Shown: positions 1 through 8,719 of the stretch, piece after piece | Layout of the letters: each line of letters starts with the position of its first letter | Numbering within the stretch: the stretch's first letter is position 1 | DNA from: an uncultured bacterium | GTDB taxonomy: Bacteria > Pseudomonadota > Alphaproteobacteria > Sphingomonadales > Sphingomonadaceae | Direction of reading: 5' to 3' | DNA: 42,058 nt | Assembly: GCA_965977975.1 (NCBI GenBank) | Contig: CBHCZH010000014.1 | Span: 1-42,058 of the forward strand | Notes under the pieces: generated by a model | Seen by the model: the letters and a program-made list of their open reading frames with translations, nothing else | Told to the model about the DNA's origin: nothing | The model's database searches: none | Program-made: the position numbers and the translations under genes

Positions 1-885
1 CACATCCGCCTGTATTTGGCGCTGGGCTGGCTGGGCTACCTGTTGTGGCTGGGCCGGTTCGACATCGGAGTGAAGGGGCTCGACCTGCTCCAGGGCAGCC
101 TGTTCGGCGCGCAGAGCGTGCGCGACCGCGCTCAGGAAGCGGTGATCGACGAGGACACGCGCGACACGCTGTTGGTCAACGGCGAGGAGCCGATCGGCCA
201 GATCGTCATGCTCGGCAATGTCCCGGTACGGGTGATCGGGGTGATCGAGACGGCCCAGTCCGGCCCCGGCGGTGGTGGTGACAGCCTGGCATTCTACGCG
301 CCCTACACCACGGTCATGACGCGGCTGCTCGGGCAGAGCTATTTGAGCAGCATCACGGTGCGCGTCGCCGACGACGCCGACATGTCCGCGGCCGAGGAGA
401 CAGTGAAGCGCCTGATGGTTATCCGCCACGGCACCACCGACTTCTACCTCCGCAACACCGACGATATCCGCCGGACGATCGAGAGCACCACGCAGACGAT
501 GACGCTGCTCGTCGCCGCCATCGCAGTGATTTCGTTGATCGTCGGCGGCATCGGGGTGATGAACATCATGCTGGTCTCGGTGACCGAGCGTACCAGCGAG
601 ATCGGCGTGCGCATGGCCGTGGGCGCGCGCCAGTCCGACATCCTCCAGCAGTTCTTGATCGAGGCGGTGCTCGTGTGCCTCATCGGCGGGGTGATCGGCG
701 TGCTCGTCGCGCTTGGCATCGGCGCGCTGTTCAGCTGGAGCGGAGGCAGCTTCCAGATGATCTTCTCGGTCACCTCGATCGTCGTCGCCTTCGCCTGCTC
801 GACCCTGATCGGCGTCGCCTTCGGCTTCCTTCCCGCTCGCCGGGCCGCGCGCCTCGACCCGGTCGACGCGCTTTCGAGAGACTGA
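1..885 (+). CDS. ABC transporter permease, MacB/FtsX family (5'-truncated by window edge)
   Basis: Open from nt 1 in frame 1. Periplasmic domain followed by 4 TM helices typical of MacB/FtsX permeases (…[13 protein letters not shown]…, …[24 protein letters not shown]…). Stop TGA at 883-885. Confidence 0.8.
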   Translation, partial: HIRLYLALGWLGYLLWLGRFDIGVKGLDLLQGSLFGAQSVRDRAQEAVIDEDTRDTLLVNGEEPIGQIVMLGNVPVRVIGVIETAQSGPGGGGDSLAFYAPYTTVMTRLLGQSYLSSITVRVADDADMSAAEETVKRLMVIRHGTTDFYLRNTDDIRRTIESTTQTMTLLVAAIAVISLIVGGIGVMNIMLVSVTERTSEIGVRMAVGARQSDILQQFLIEAVLVCLIGGVIGVLVALGIGALFSWSGGSFQMIFSVTSIVVAFACSTLIGVAFGFLPARRAARLDPVDALSRD

Positions 886-887
886 CG

Positions 888-2303
888 ATGACGAGAACGG
901 CCAAACGCGGCGCAAGACGGGCTTCGCTCGTCGCGGGCCTGACCGCGATGCTCCTGGCGACGGGCGGCTGCGCCTCGCTGACCCGCAGCGATTATGCGGT
1001 CCCCGACCTTCCGGTCGAACCCGGCTGGCAGCAGCACACGAGCGGCGTACCGGCCTCGCGCACCGGCCCCTGGTGGAACGACTTCGGCGACGCCGAGCTG
1101 TCCGCCCTGGTCGAGCAGGTGCTGGCGGCGAACGGCGACCTCGCGGCCGCGGGAATCCGTCTGCGCCAGGCACGCATGTCGGCCGACCTCGCGGCTAGCC
1201 AGCTGTTCCCGGCGTTCGGTGCCGGCGCCTCGATCGGCGCGTCGCTGCCGCTCGACGGCGGGTCGGTGAGCGAGAATTCCTCGGCCTCGCTCGACGCCTC
1301 GTGGGAGGTGGACCTATTCGGGCGGCTCGACGCCGAACAGGATGCCGCGCGCTGGGAAGCGCGGGCGAGTGAACAGGACCTTGCCGCGACGCGCTTGTCG
1401 CTGATCGGCACGACGGTCAGCACCTGGTGGCAACTGGCCTACGCCAACGAGCGCATCTCGCTGGCCGGGCAGAGCCTCGCCTACGCGCGCAAGACGCTCG
1501 AGCTCGTCGGCGTGCAGCACGAGGCCGGTGCGGTGTCGCGGCTCGAGGTGCGCGAGGCCGAGCAGACGGTCGCCTCGCAGGAAGCCTCGCTGACCCAGCT
1601 CGAGCAGAGCCGCATCGAGACGCGCAACGCGCTGGCCGCGCTGCTCGGACGACAGGTCTACCACGGCCCCGAGCGCCTCTCGCTACCGCGCGACGAGCTG
1701 CCCGCAGTGGACGCCGGGGCGCCCGCCGAGCTGCTGGCGCGGCGGCCGGATCTCGCCGCATCGGAGCTGCGGCTGCGCGGGAGCTTGGCCAATGCCGATG
1801 CAACCGCGGCCAGCTACTATCCCCACCTCAGCCTGACCGGCGCGCTCGGGACGGCCAGCGGCAACCTGCTGTCGCTCCTCAGCAATCCGGTCGCGACGCT
1901 CGGCGCGGCGCTCTCGGTGCCGACGCTGGATCCCGACCGCATCCGGCTCGGCACGGGGATAGCGCGCGCCGACTACGAGGCGGCGGTCGAGCAGTTCCGG
2001 CAGGACTTCTACGAGGCCTTGCGCGACACGGCCAACGCGCTGTCGGCGCGCGAACAGTACATCCGCCAGGCCGACGCGCTCGATCGTACGCTCGCCGCCG
2101 CCAGCGATGCCGCCGAGCTCTACGGCCGCCAGTATTCCGCGGGCGCCGTCGCCCTGCGCAGTTGGCTCGACGCGGTCGAGCGGCAGCGTAGCGCCGAGAC
2201 CGGGGTCATCGAGAACCAGCTCAACCAGCTCAACGCGCAGGTCGCGCTCTACCAGGCGCTCGGCGGCGACGTTCGGGCTTCGGCCGGGGAACCGTCCGAA
2301 TGA
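888..2303 (+). CDS. RND/ABC efflux outer-membrane factor lipoprotein (NodT/OprM family)
   Basis: ATG 2 nt after the permease stop. Lipobox LLATGGC at the N-terminus. Two coiled-coil/beta-barrel repeats with typical OMF motifs (WWxxFxDxxL, LxxAGxRLRQA). 472 aa. Confidence 0.85.
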   Translation: MTRTAKRGARRASLVAGLTAMLLATGGCASLTRSDYAVPDLPVEPGWQQHTSGVPASRTGPWWNDFGDAELSALVEQVLAANGDLAAAGIRLRQARMSADLAASQLFPAFGAGASIGASLPLDGGSVSENSSASLDASWEVDLFGRLDAEQDAARWEARASEQDLAATRLSLIGTTVSTWWQLAYANERISLAGQSLAYARKTLELVGVQHEAGAVSRLEVREAEQTVASQEASLTQLEQSRIETRNALAALLGRQVYHGPERLSLPRDELPAVDAGAPAELLARRPDLAASELRLRGSLANADATAASYYPHLSLTGALGTASGNLLSLLSNPVATLGAALSVPTLDPDRIRLGTGIARADYEAAVEQFRQDFYEALRDTANALSAREQYIRQADALDRTLAAASDAAELYGRQYSAGAVALRSWLDAVERQRSAETGVIENQLNQLNAQVALYQALGGDVRASAGEPSE

Positions 2304-2361
2304 CCCTTTCCCGTGCCTTGTCCCCCCTGTTTTGTGAGGCCCATCACGAAGGAGTAAGCCG

Positions 2362-2553
2362 ATGCGAAAGTTCCTCATGGCGGCCTTTTCGGCCGTGCTG
2401 ATCGCAGCCATGCCGGGGGCGGCGTGGGGGAAACATCAGGGAAACACGGCTGCTGCACGCGCGCGCCTCCGCTGCCGCGCTCAGGCATCGATTGCCCGGC
2501 AGCCTCGATCGCTTCTGGCAATTCGAGACGTTCACTTGGGAAAGAGCTCGTGA
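2362..2553 (+). CDS. small hypothetical secreted protein (63 aa; signal peptide + 39-aa basic Cys-containing mature part)
   Basis: Canonical AAGGAG RBS 6 nt upstream of the ATG, which is rare in this GC-rich DNA. N-terminal MRKFLMAAFSAVLIAAMPGAAWG looks like a Sec signal with an AxA-like cleavage site. Ends 20 nt before the SapC ATG. Confidence 0.35.
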   Translation: MRKFLMAAFSAVLIAAMPGAAWGKHQGNTAAARARLRCRAQASIARQPRSLLAIRDVHLGKSS

Positions 2554-2573
2554 GCTCAGCCGATCAGCGGCCC

Positions 2574-3350
2574 ATGCATGTCGGCTCCGTGCTTTTCTAT
2601 CGCCAGCTCGAGCCGCTTTCGGAAGAGAATCATGGCGGGCTTGGCGTATCGCTGACCGCAAATCCCTTTGCCTATCTTGCGAACACCTACGCCGTGCCGA
2701 TCACGGCGGACGAATTCCAGCACGCCGCCCTGTGCTATCCCATTGTGTTCGCCAGCCAGTCGAAAACTCCGCTGGCCCTGATGGCTCCCTATCCGGGCAT
2801 GAACGTCTTCATCGCGCAAGATGGGGCGATGGATCCGGAAGCCTATCTGCCCGCGTACGTCCGACGCTATCCCTTCCTGCCGGTGGCCCCCGACGGACCG
2901 CGAGATCCCCTGGGCGGTACCGGGCGCATGATTCTCTGCATCGATCGCGGAGCGCAAACCATATCGGATCGTCCGGAAATGCCGTTCTTCGAAAAGGGCC
3001 GGCATTCGCAATTCACCACGGATGCGATCCGGGCCTGCAACCAATTCGAGGAACTTGCGCGGCGCACGCGGGACTTCGTTCGCATCCTCGAGCGGCATGA
3101 CCTGTTCGAAAGCATGGAATTGACCGTGCCGCGCGCGAACCCCGACGGAACCGAGTCGCCACCGCAAAGGATCGACGATTGCCTCCGCATCTCGGAACAG
3201 AAGCTCAACGCGCTCCCAACCGATGTCTACATCAAGTTGCGGAATATCGGCATCCCGGGCCTCGCCTACGCGCATCTGATGTCGCTCGGCTTGTGGCCGA
3301 AGCTTCTGTCCCGAGCCGCGCGACAGAACGCGCAAGCGCCCCTCGGATAG
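2574..3350 (+). CDS. SapC family protein
   Basis: 258 aa from ATG 2574. The track ORF begins at GTG 2424, but SapC proteins are ~240-260 aa. Conserved SapC-like blocks (YxRxYPFL, PLA…). Start ambiguity 2424 vs 2574. Confidence 0.65.
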   Translation: MHVGSVLFYRQLEPLSEENHGGLGVSLTANPFAYLANTYAVPITADEFQHAALCYPIVFASQSKTPLALMAPYPGMNVFIAQDGAMDPEAYLPAYVRRYPFLPVAPDGPRDPLGGTGRMILCIDRGAQTISDRPEMPFFEKGRHSQFTTDAIRACNQFEELARRTRDFVRILERHDLFESMELTVPRANPDGTESPPQRIDDCLRISEQKLNALPTDVYIKLRNIGIPGLAYAHLMSLGLWPKLLSRAARQNAQAPLG

Positions 3351-3419
3351 GTCGAAATTTCGATGTGTCGCGCGATCTGTTGTTCGCCTTCGTGGCACTA
3401 GCCCGAGGAAGGCTGACGC

Positions 3420-4157
3420 GTGTCGGAACTCAAGCTCGATACGCACCCGGACCTCCGCATTCGCGTCGAGCATGTCGGCGCCGAACGGATGCCGCTCCTG
3501 ATTGTCGACGATCTGGTCGATCGACCCGACGATCTCGTGGCTTATGCGGCCTCGAACTGCACTCTCGCCCCGCCGACCGACATGTATCCGGGACTGCGTA
3601 CACCGGCGCCCAAATCCTATGTCGAGGTTCTCCGCAAGGGGCTGACTGAGGCGATCAACGCGGCCTATGCGCTGCCCGAATTCGAGCTGCATGGCGCGAT
3701 CAGCTACCTGTGCGTGGTCACCACCAAGCCCCAGGACCTGAAGCCCGTCCAATGCATGCCACACATCGACGGCACGACCGCGAACGACTTCTCGATGGTT
3801 CACTACCTATGTTCCCCGGATTATGCCGGCACGTCGCTTTACCGGCATCGTCGAACCGGATACGCGCTCATCCCCGAGTTTCGCCATGACCATTACCGGT
3901 CGGTGCTCGAGCAGGAGCTGCGCGAGACGCCGTGGACCAACCAGGACTATATCAACGGCAGCACGGAAAAGTTCGAGCGGATCGCATCGACCGCGGTCGC
4001 CTTCAACCGCCTGGTGCTCTACCCCTCCCATGCGCTTCACTCCGCCGACATCGGGCGGGACTTCGCGTTCGATCCCGACCCGAGATCCGGTCGATTCTCG
4101 GTGAATTCCCGAATCCAGATGCGGCCGAAAGGGTTTCAACCCAAGCTCTGGTTCTAG
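3420..4157 (+). CDS. hypothetical protein, putative Fe(II)/2-oxoglutarate-oxygenase-like (HxD…H triad)
   Basis: 245-aa ORF with GTG start. Contains MPHIDG (His-X-Asp) and, ~90 aa later, YPSHALH; this spacing is typical of double-stranded beta-helix oxygenases. Same strand, directly after SapC. Confidence 0.55.
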   Translation: MSELKLDTHPDLRIRVEHVGAERMPLLIVDDLVDRPDDLVAYAASNCTLAPPTDMYPGLRTPAPKSYVEVLRKGLTEAINAAYALPEFELHGAISYLCVVTTKPQDLKPVQCMPHIDGTTANDFSMVHYLCSPDYAGTSLYRHRRTGYALIPEFRHDHYRSVLEQELRETPWTNQDYINGSTEKFERIASTAVAFNRLVLYPSHALHSADIGRDFAFDPDPRSGRFSVNSRIQMRPKGFQPKLWF

Positions 4158-4204
4158 GGCCTGTGGGGATTCACCATTTGGCGCGGATGTGATTCACGCT
4201 GTAG

Positions 4205-4367
4205 ATGGAGCGAGACATTTTGACGGACCCTCGGTGGGCGAAGATCGAGCCGCATTGTCTGGGCAAGCCGAACGATTCTGATCGTACTGGGAGCGACAAT
4301 CGGCCGTATTTGGAAGCGGTGTTGTGGATTGGGCGAACGGCAAGCCCGTGACGCGATCTCTCCAGTT
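4205..4367 (+). pseudogene. IS5-family (IS427/IS1031-group) transposase N-terminal fragment, truncated
   Basis: Translation …LTDPRWAKIEPHCLGKPNDSDRTGSDNRPYLEAVLWIGRTASP(*)WRDLS matches the conserved N-terminus of IS5-family OrfA (DxxWxxIEPLLP…R.D.R..L.AI.WVLRTG.PWRDLP). In-frame TGA where the W of PWRDLP is expected. The fragment ends exactly at the IS6 inverted repeat. Confidence 0.5.
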
Positions 4368-4912
4368 GGTGCTGTCAGTCTAACGCTAACTTGTCTCCAG
4401 TAGCGGCCGTTGGCCAGCTGGGGAGACGAACATGAAACCGATTTCCTTCAAGCGCCACCGGTTTCCGCCCGACACGATCAGGCTGGCGGTGTGGTTGTAT
4501 TTCCGCTTCACGACGAGCCTACGCGATGTCGAGGAGATGCTCGCCGAACGCGGGATAGATACGACGTATGAGACCGTTCGTTGCTGGGCGAACAAGTTCG
4601 GTCCGGCGATCGCTGCGAACATCCGCAGACGGCGCGGCCATGCAGATTCCGTGTGGCATCTCGACGAGATGGTTGTGCGCATCAACGGCAAGCGAATGTT
4701 CATGTGGCGAGCGGTCGATCAGGAGGGCGAAGTGCTCGAGAGCTACGTCACCAAGACGAGGGACAAGGCGGCAGCGCTCAGTTTCATGAAGAAGGCGCTG
4801 ACCCGTCGCTCGGCCGCATTGGCCGAGTGGCAGACTCTTATGGCCTAAACGCGTGCCGTTCAGGCGACAACTGCGCGGACCGGAGAGGAGTTGCGGTTAG
4901 ACTGACAGCACC
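4368..4912 (+). mobile_element. IS6-family (IS26/IS6100-like) insertion sequence remnant, internally deleted, with intact 17-bp terminal inverted repeats
   Basis: Left IR GGTGCTGTCAGTCTAAC at 4368-4384 and its perfect reverse complement at 4896-4912. These resemble the IS6-family IR consensus GGCACTGTTGCAAA. The element encodes only the first ~125 aa of an IS6 transposase. No 8-bp target duplication is visible. Confidence 0.7.
4432..4848 (+). pseudogene. IS6-family transposase, C-terminally truncated (catalytic DDE region lost)
   Basis: MKPISFKRHRFPPDTIRLAVWLYFRFTTSLRDVEEMLAERGIDTTYETVRCW…HLDEMVVRINGKRMFMWRAVDQEGEVLESYVTKTRDKAAALSFMKKAL aligns with the N-terminal half of IS6100/IS26 transposases (HTH + first catalytic D). 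Diverges and stops after ~125 aa; full-length is ~235-260 aa. Confidence 0.7.
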
Positions 4913-4966
4913 CGGCCGCTTTCTACGCGCATCGGAAAACAGCGGACAGACCGCTATCGGCCAATT

Positions 4967-5539
4967 TCAGTCCGTCGGCTTCTGTCTTGGATCCCGCTCG
5001 CCCAGCCCCGGATAAACCAGCGCCTTGTTGTCGCGGGACTCGTTGTACACCGTGCGCTTCTTGAACTTCCATTCGCCGTCGACACGGACGAGCTCGTCTT
5101 CGTAATGCCCCATGTAGAACAGCTCGACCTGGCCGTGCGAAGTGCGGTTGGTCATCGCGAACCAGTACGCGTAGCTCGTCGCCGTATCGCCATCGACATT
5201 GATGACATGATTGACGATCTGGTGCCGCATCCGCTGCCGCTCGGTCGCGTCGGCAGGCAAAGTGCCCATCACCGCCGCGCCGCCGAAGCGGCTCATCGCC
5301 TCGCGGATCTCGTCTTTGCCGTGCTCGACTCCGAAGACCCACTCGAGCACGCCGTCGTCCGTCCAGGTGTCCATGACCGTCTCGATGTCGCCGGCATCGA
5401 CTGCGACCATGTACCGGTTGGACAGGTTCTCGATCAGCGCCCGGTCCTCGGCGTAGCTGTGTTGCTGCGCCGCCGTCGGCGCGGACACGGAGGCGCAGGC
5501 AAGGGCAGCGGCTACGACCAGTGCGTCGCGAAACTTCAT
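4967..5539 (-). CDS. SnoaL-like / NTF2-like domain protein, secreted
   Basis: Signal peptide MKFRDALVVAAALACASVSA. NTF2-fold hallmarks (…WTDDGVLEW…, …YMGHYEDELVRVDGEWKF…). Starts 14 nt after the oxygenase stop on the same strand. Confidence 0.7.
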   Translation of the reverse strand: MKFRDALVVAAALACASVSAPTAAQQHSYAEDRALIENLSNRYMVAVDAGDIETVMDTWTDDGVLEWVFGVEHGKDEIREAMSRFGGAAVMGTLPADATERQRMRHQIVNHVINVDGDTATSYAYWFAMTNRTSHGQVELFYMGHYEDELVRVDGEWKFKKRTVYNESRDNKALVYPGLGERDPRQKPTD

Positions 5540-5552
5540 CGTCTCCCTCCCC

Positions 5553-7157
5553 TCAGGTAAGCGGCAGCTCGTGGGCAGATGCCCATACGCCGTGGACCTG
5601 GCTGCTGAGCTTGAACGGCATGATCACGCGGGCGATGTCGCCTTCGCCCATACGCTGGGCGTCGGCGATCACGAGCTCCGAGCGCCCCTCGGCATAATTG
5701 CTCGCGACGCCTATCAGGTATCCGTCGCCTTCATCGCCGCCCTTGCGCGGAACGAAGGTGACTTCCTGCAAGCCATGAGTGGAGCCGGCGAAGTACTTCT
5801 GCAGCTCCCCGGTGCGCAGATCGAACCGGGCATAGCTGTTCGTGGGCGTGCGGGTGACCCCTCGCGCCCGATCGCGATCGAACGGCGCCTCGGCATCGGC
5901 GAACGAAGTGTAGAGATAGCGGGTCTCGAGGCTGAGCACTCGCGGATCCACCTTGCCGAGGTCCGAAATATTGGTCGGCCAGAGAATCTCTTCGGTCCAG
6001 CCGCCGTCGCGTGACGACAGGTCGAGCGTGATCTTGCGGACGAACGCGCGCACCAGCTCCGGCTGGAACGGCGAGCCGTCGACGTTGGGGAAGAAGGAGA
6101 AGAAGTTGCCGTCGTAGAACGGCGCGTAGAGCACGACCTTGCCGCCCTCGTCGTGGGCATTGAAGGTGTGCATCATGCAGCGCAAGGGTCCTTTGAACCA
6201 GCGCATGTCCTTCGCATCGCCGTCGCGTGGCAGCACGCCGATATAGCTCGATTGGGACTTGTCCCAACCCCAGTGGATCTGGCCGTTGCTCAGCCGGTCG
6301 ATGCTCGTGACGTAGCCGGCGAAGGGGAAGACGAGATGCTTCTGCGTGATCGCCATGTCGTGCATGATGCTGACGTAGGGGACGCGGGTGCGGACCTCCT
6401 GCTTGACGGCGCCATCGCTGCCGATGCGGTAGATCCACAGCGCGTCGCTGGCCAAGCCGTCCGCCTCGTAACCGTAGGCCATCATGTCGCCGGACACGGG
6501 ATCGAGCTTGGGATGCGCGGTGAAGGTCTGGCTCTTCCAGTCGCCGTTGAAGTCCCACGGGCCGATCGTCTCGAGCGTGTTGGGGTCGATCCGGTGGGGG
6601 AGCCCATCCTCCTTGAGCGCGAACAGTTTGCCGCCATGGACCACGGGCGCGGTGTTCGCGACTGTGCGCCGCTGCGGATTGGCGGGGTCGCGGACGGAGC
6701 GATCGTCTGTGAACGGGTTGCGGTAATAGCCATAGAGCTGGCGGCCCGCCTGCCGCAGGTTCCGCAAGCGCTCGGTCTCGATCCACCGGCCCTTGAAGTC
6801 GACACGGCCGTTCTGGATGCGGAACATGCTGATGTAGCCGTCGGCGCTCAGGATCGCGTCGTCGGCGAACTTGGGCGGATAGAAGAACTCGCCGCCGACC
6901 CGGTAGAAGGCCCCGTCGATATCGTCCGGAATCCGCCCGACGACCTCACAATCGTCGATGCTGGCATTGAACCGCAGCGGAGCCTGGAAGGGCCGGTTCG
7001 AAGCCGCTGCCGCCATTGGATTGACGGGTTGACCGGCGGCGCCTCCAGGAGTTTGCGCAGGTGCGGCGGTGGCGGATCCGGTGGCGACTATCGTGCCGAC
7101 CGCTGCGCCCATGAATTCGCGCCTCCCCATGCTCATCGGTCCGCGCCTTCGGTCCAT
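5553..7157 (-). CDS. carotenoid cleavage oxygenase family protein (lignostilbene-alpha,beta-dioxygenase-like), Tat-exported
   Basis: Tat motif GRREFMGAAV at the N-terminus. RPE65/carotenoid-oxygenase blocks (…FFSFFPNVDG…, …HGVWAS…) with 4-His iron-ligand spacing. 534 aa. Confidence 0.85.
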   Translation of the reverse strand: MDRRRGPMSMGRREFMGAAVGTIVATGSATAAPAQTPGGAAGQPVNPMAAAASNRPFQAPLRFNASIDDCEVVGRIPDDIDGAFYRVGGEFFYPPKFADDAILSADGYISMFRIQNGRVDFKGRWIETERLRNLRQAGRQLYGYYRNPFTDDRSVRDPANPQRRTVANTAPVVHGGKLFALKEDGLPHRIDPNTLETIGPWDFNGDWKSQTFTAHPKLDPVSGDMMAYGYEADGLASDALWIYRIGSDGAVKQEVRTRVPYVSIMHDMAITQKHLVFPFAGYVTSIDRLSNGQIHWGWDKSQSSYIGVLPRDGDAKDMRWFKGPLRCMMHTFNAHDEGGKVVLYAPFYDGNFFSFFPNVDGSPFQPELVRAFVRKITLDLSSRDGGWTEEILWPTNISDLGKVDPRVLSLETRYLYTSFADAEAPFDRDRARGVTRTPTNSYARFDLRTGELQKYFAGSTHGLQEVTFVPRKGGDEGDGYLIGVASNYAEGRSELVIADAQRMGEGDIARVIMPFKLSSQVHGVWASAHELPLT

Positions 7158-8062
7158 GGCGACCGCTGATAATAGGGCGCTTGGTAAAACGTCGCGACGA
7201 CGGCGGCGATGCAGCCGTCCTTGATCTTGAACATTTCCAGCAGGCCCCAGCTCTGCGGCTCCTGGAAGAGCGACTTGGTCCGAGTGCCGTCGGTCAGCGA
7301 GTATTCGTCGAGCACGCCCTTGTGGTCGATGAACCCCCGCGCCATCGCCACCTGCCGCGCCTCGTCGATAACGACTATCTCGCGCCGGACCCGGTCGTTG
7401 AAGGCGTAACGGCCGGACTGGAAGCCGCCCTTGATATCCTCGAACAGCATGCCGTTCTCACGGCGCGTCGCGTCGTCGCGGAAGCAGGTTCCGCGGATTT
7501 CGCCGTCGTTGCGCTGAAGCGTGTCGAAGTACCCATTGGCATGAGCGATCAGCGCATCGCGTCCGGCCCGATCATCCGGTGGCACGATCTCGCTAATTGC
7601 CGGATCGTGCACGTACTTCTCGATCTCGCCGATCGGCGTCGGCGGGCTGCTGAGATTGCGCCGGGTGGAGATCACGTGCTCGGCCTCTGTGATCTTGCCC
7701 TGCTCGACCTTGAGGCGGATCGCGAGAAAACCGGGAACTTCGCGTTGCCGGATCGCGGTAAAGATGCCGATCGTGCCGCTCTCCGGATCAGAAAGCGTGA
7801 GCGCCGGCCCCACCTCTTCGGTCACCGTGTCCCAAGTTCCGTCGGGAAACGGCATCTCGACGTTGTTCTCGGTGAAGCGGACTTCGGCCGCAAACGGCGC
7901 CCGCGCAGGGTCGTGGGCCGTATAAGCGGCGCGGTAATCCCGCGCGATTTCCTCAAGGCAGGCGGCATCGCAGGCCGCTGGTTGCGCGACGGCTAACATC
8001 GGGGCCGCGAGCGCGAGGCAAAACCCGATCTTGATCGCACCTTTGCTCTCGAACGATCTCAC
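7133..8062 (-). CDS. hypothetical periplasmic protein, first gene of the oxygenase operon
   Basis: The track ORF extends to 8095. A GTG at 8062 is preceded by GGAGGA, and the N-terminus VRSFESKGAIKIGFCLALAAPMLAVAQPAA is a signal peptide. The stop overlaps the oxygenase start by 25 nt. Confidence 0.55.
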   Translation of the reverse strand: MRSFESKGAIKIGFCLALAAPMLAVAQPAACDAACLEEIARDYRAAYTAHDPARAPFAAEVRFTENNVEMPFPDGTWDTVTEEVGPALTLSDPESGTIGIFTAIRQREVPGFLAIRLKVEQGKITEAEHVISTRRNLSSPPTPIGEIEKYVHDPAISEIVPPDDRAGRDALIAHANGYFDTLQRNDGEIRGTCFRDDATRRENGMLFEDIKGGFQSGRYAFNDRVRREIVVIDEARQVAMARGFIDHKGVLDEYSLTDGTRTKSLFQEPQSWGLLEMFKIKDGCIAAVVATFYQAPYYQRSPWTEGADR

Positions 8063-8124
8063 CGGTCCTCCCCCAAGCCGCGCTCCGTCGACCACCGCGC
8101 CCGCGCTGGCGCGTTTTTTCGCGA

Positions 8125-8164
8125 TGATGAACGCATTCTCATCACAGATATTTTACTTGATCAA
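8125..8164. promoter_or_regulatory. candidate MarR operator region: inverted repeat TGATGA-N8-TCATCA (8125-8144) and perfect palindrome TTGATCAA (8157-8164) in an AT-rich divergent promoter
   Basis: The palindromes lie in the 160-bp AT-rich spacer between the divergently transcribed marR-like gene and the oxygenase operon. MarR dimers typically bind such pseudo-palindromes overlapping the -35/-10. Confidence 0.35.
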
Positions 8165-8224
8165 CTAAACTTTTTGCGAATGGTGCCAGCGCAACCACTT
8201 CACAATCCGGGAGCTCGACCACAG

Positions 8225-8719
8225 ATGACCGACGCCCGTCCAACGGCCGCGAACGCGGCGACGGTTCCATCGGCTGCCGCGAGTGACGTCCAGGTGGGCT
8301 CACTTCCGCATGTTCTGGGCTTCACCCTGCGGCGGCTGCAGCTCGCTTATAAACGGCATTTCATGCGGGCCGCGGCGGGAACCGAGTTCCACCTCAACCA
8401 CCTCGGGGTATTATCCCTGATCGCGCGTAATCCGGGCGTGACGCCGACCGCGCTTGCGGCGGCGCTGACGACCGACGCGGCGCAGGTTACGACGCTGATA
8501 AACCTGCTCGAAATCCGCGGCTGGGTCTCGCGACGGAAGTCGCCATCGGACAGCCGCTCGCGCTCCTTGCGTCTGACCGCCGCCGGCAAACGGCATTACG
8601 AGCATCTGGCCACCGTCGCCGCCGAAGTCGAACGCAGCTTTGTGGGAGATGCGCTTTCTGCCGAGGAACTTCGCCAATTGCTCGATCTGCTCGACCGCCT
8701 GCAAGCATCTAGAACATGA
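8225..8719 (+). CDS. MarR family transcriptional regulator
   Basis: Winged-helix core (…LNHLGVLSLIARNPGVTPTALAAALTTDAAQVTTLINLLEIRGWVSRRKSPSDSRSRSLRLTAAGKRHY…). Alternative upstream starts at 8174 and 8180. Divergent from the oxygenase operon. Confidence 0.85.
   Translation: MTDARPTAANAATVPSAAASDVQVGSLPHVLGFTLRRLQLAYKRHFMRAAAGTEFHLNHLGVLSLIARNPGVTPTALAAALTTDAAQVTTLINLLEIRGWVSRRKSPSDSRSRSLRLTAAGKRHYEHLATVAAEVERSFVGDALSAEELRQLLDLLDRLQASRT

Noticed and set aside
8102-8119. CGCGCTGGCGCG followed by TTTTTT, resembling a Rho-independent terminator
   Set aside because: The palindrome leaves only a 2-nt loop (an effective 4-bp stem), and there is no plus-strand gene upstream to terminate. More likely part of the AT-rich divergent promoter.
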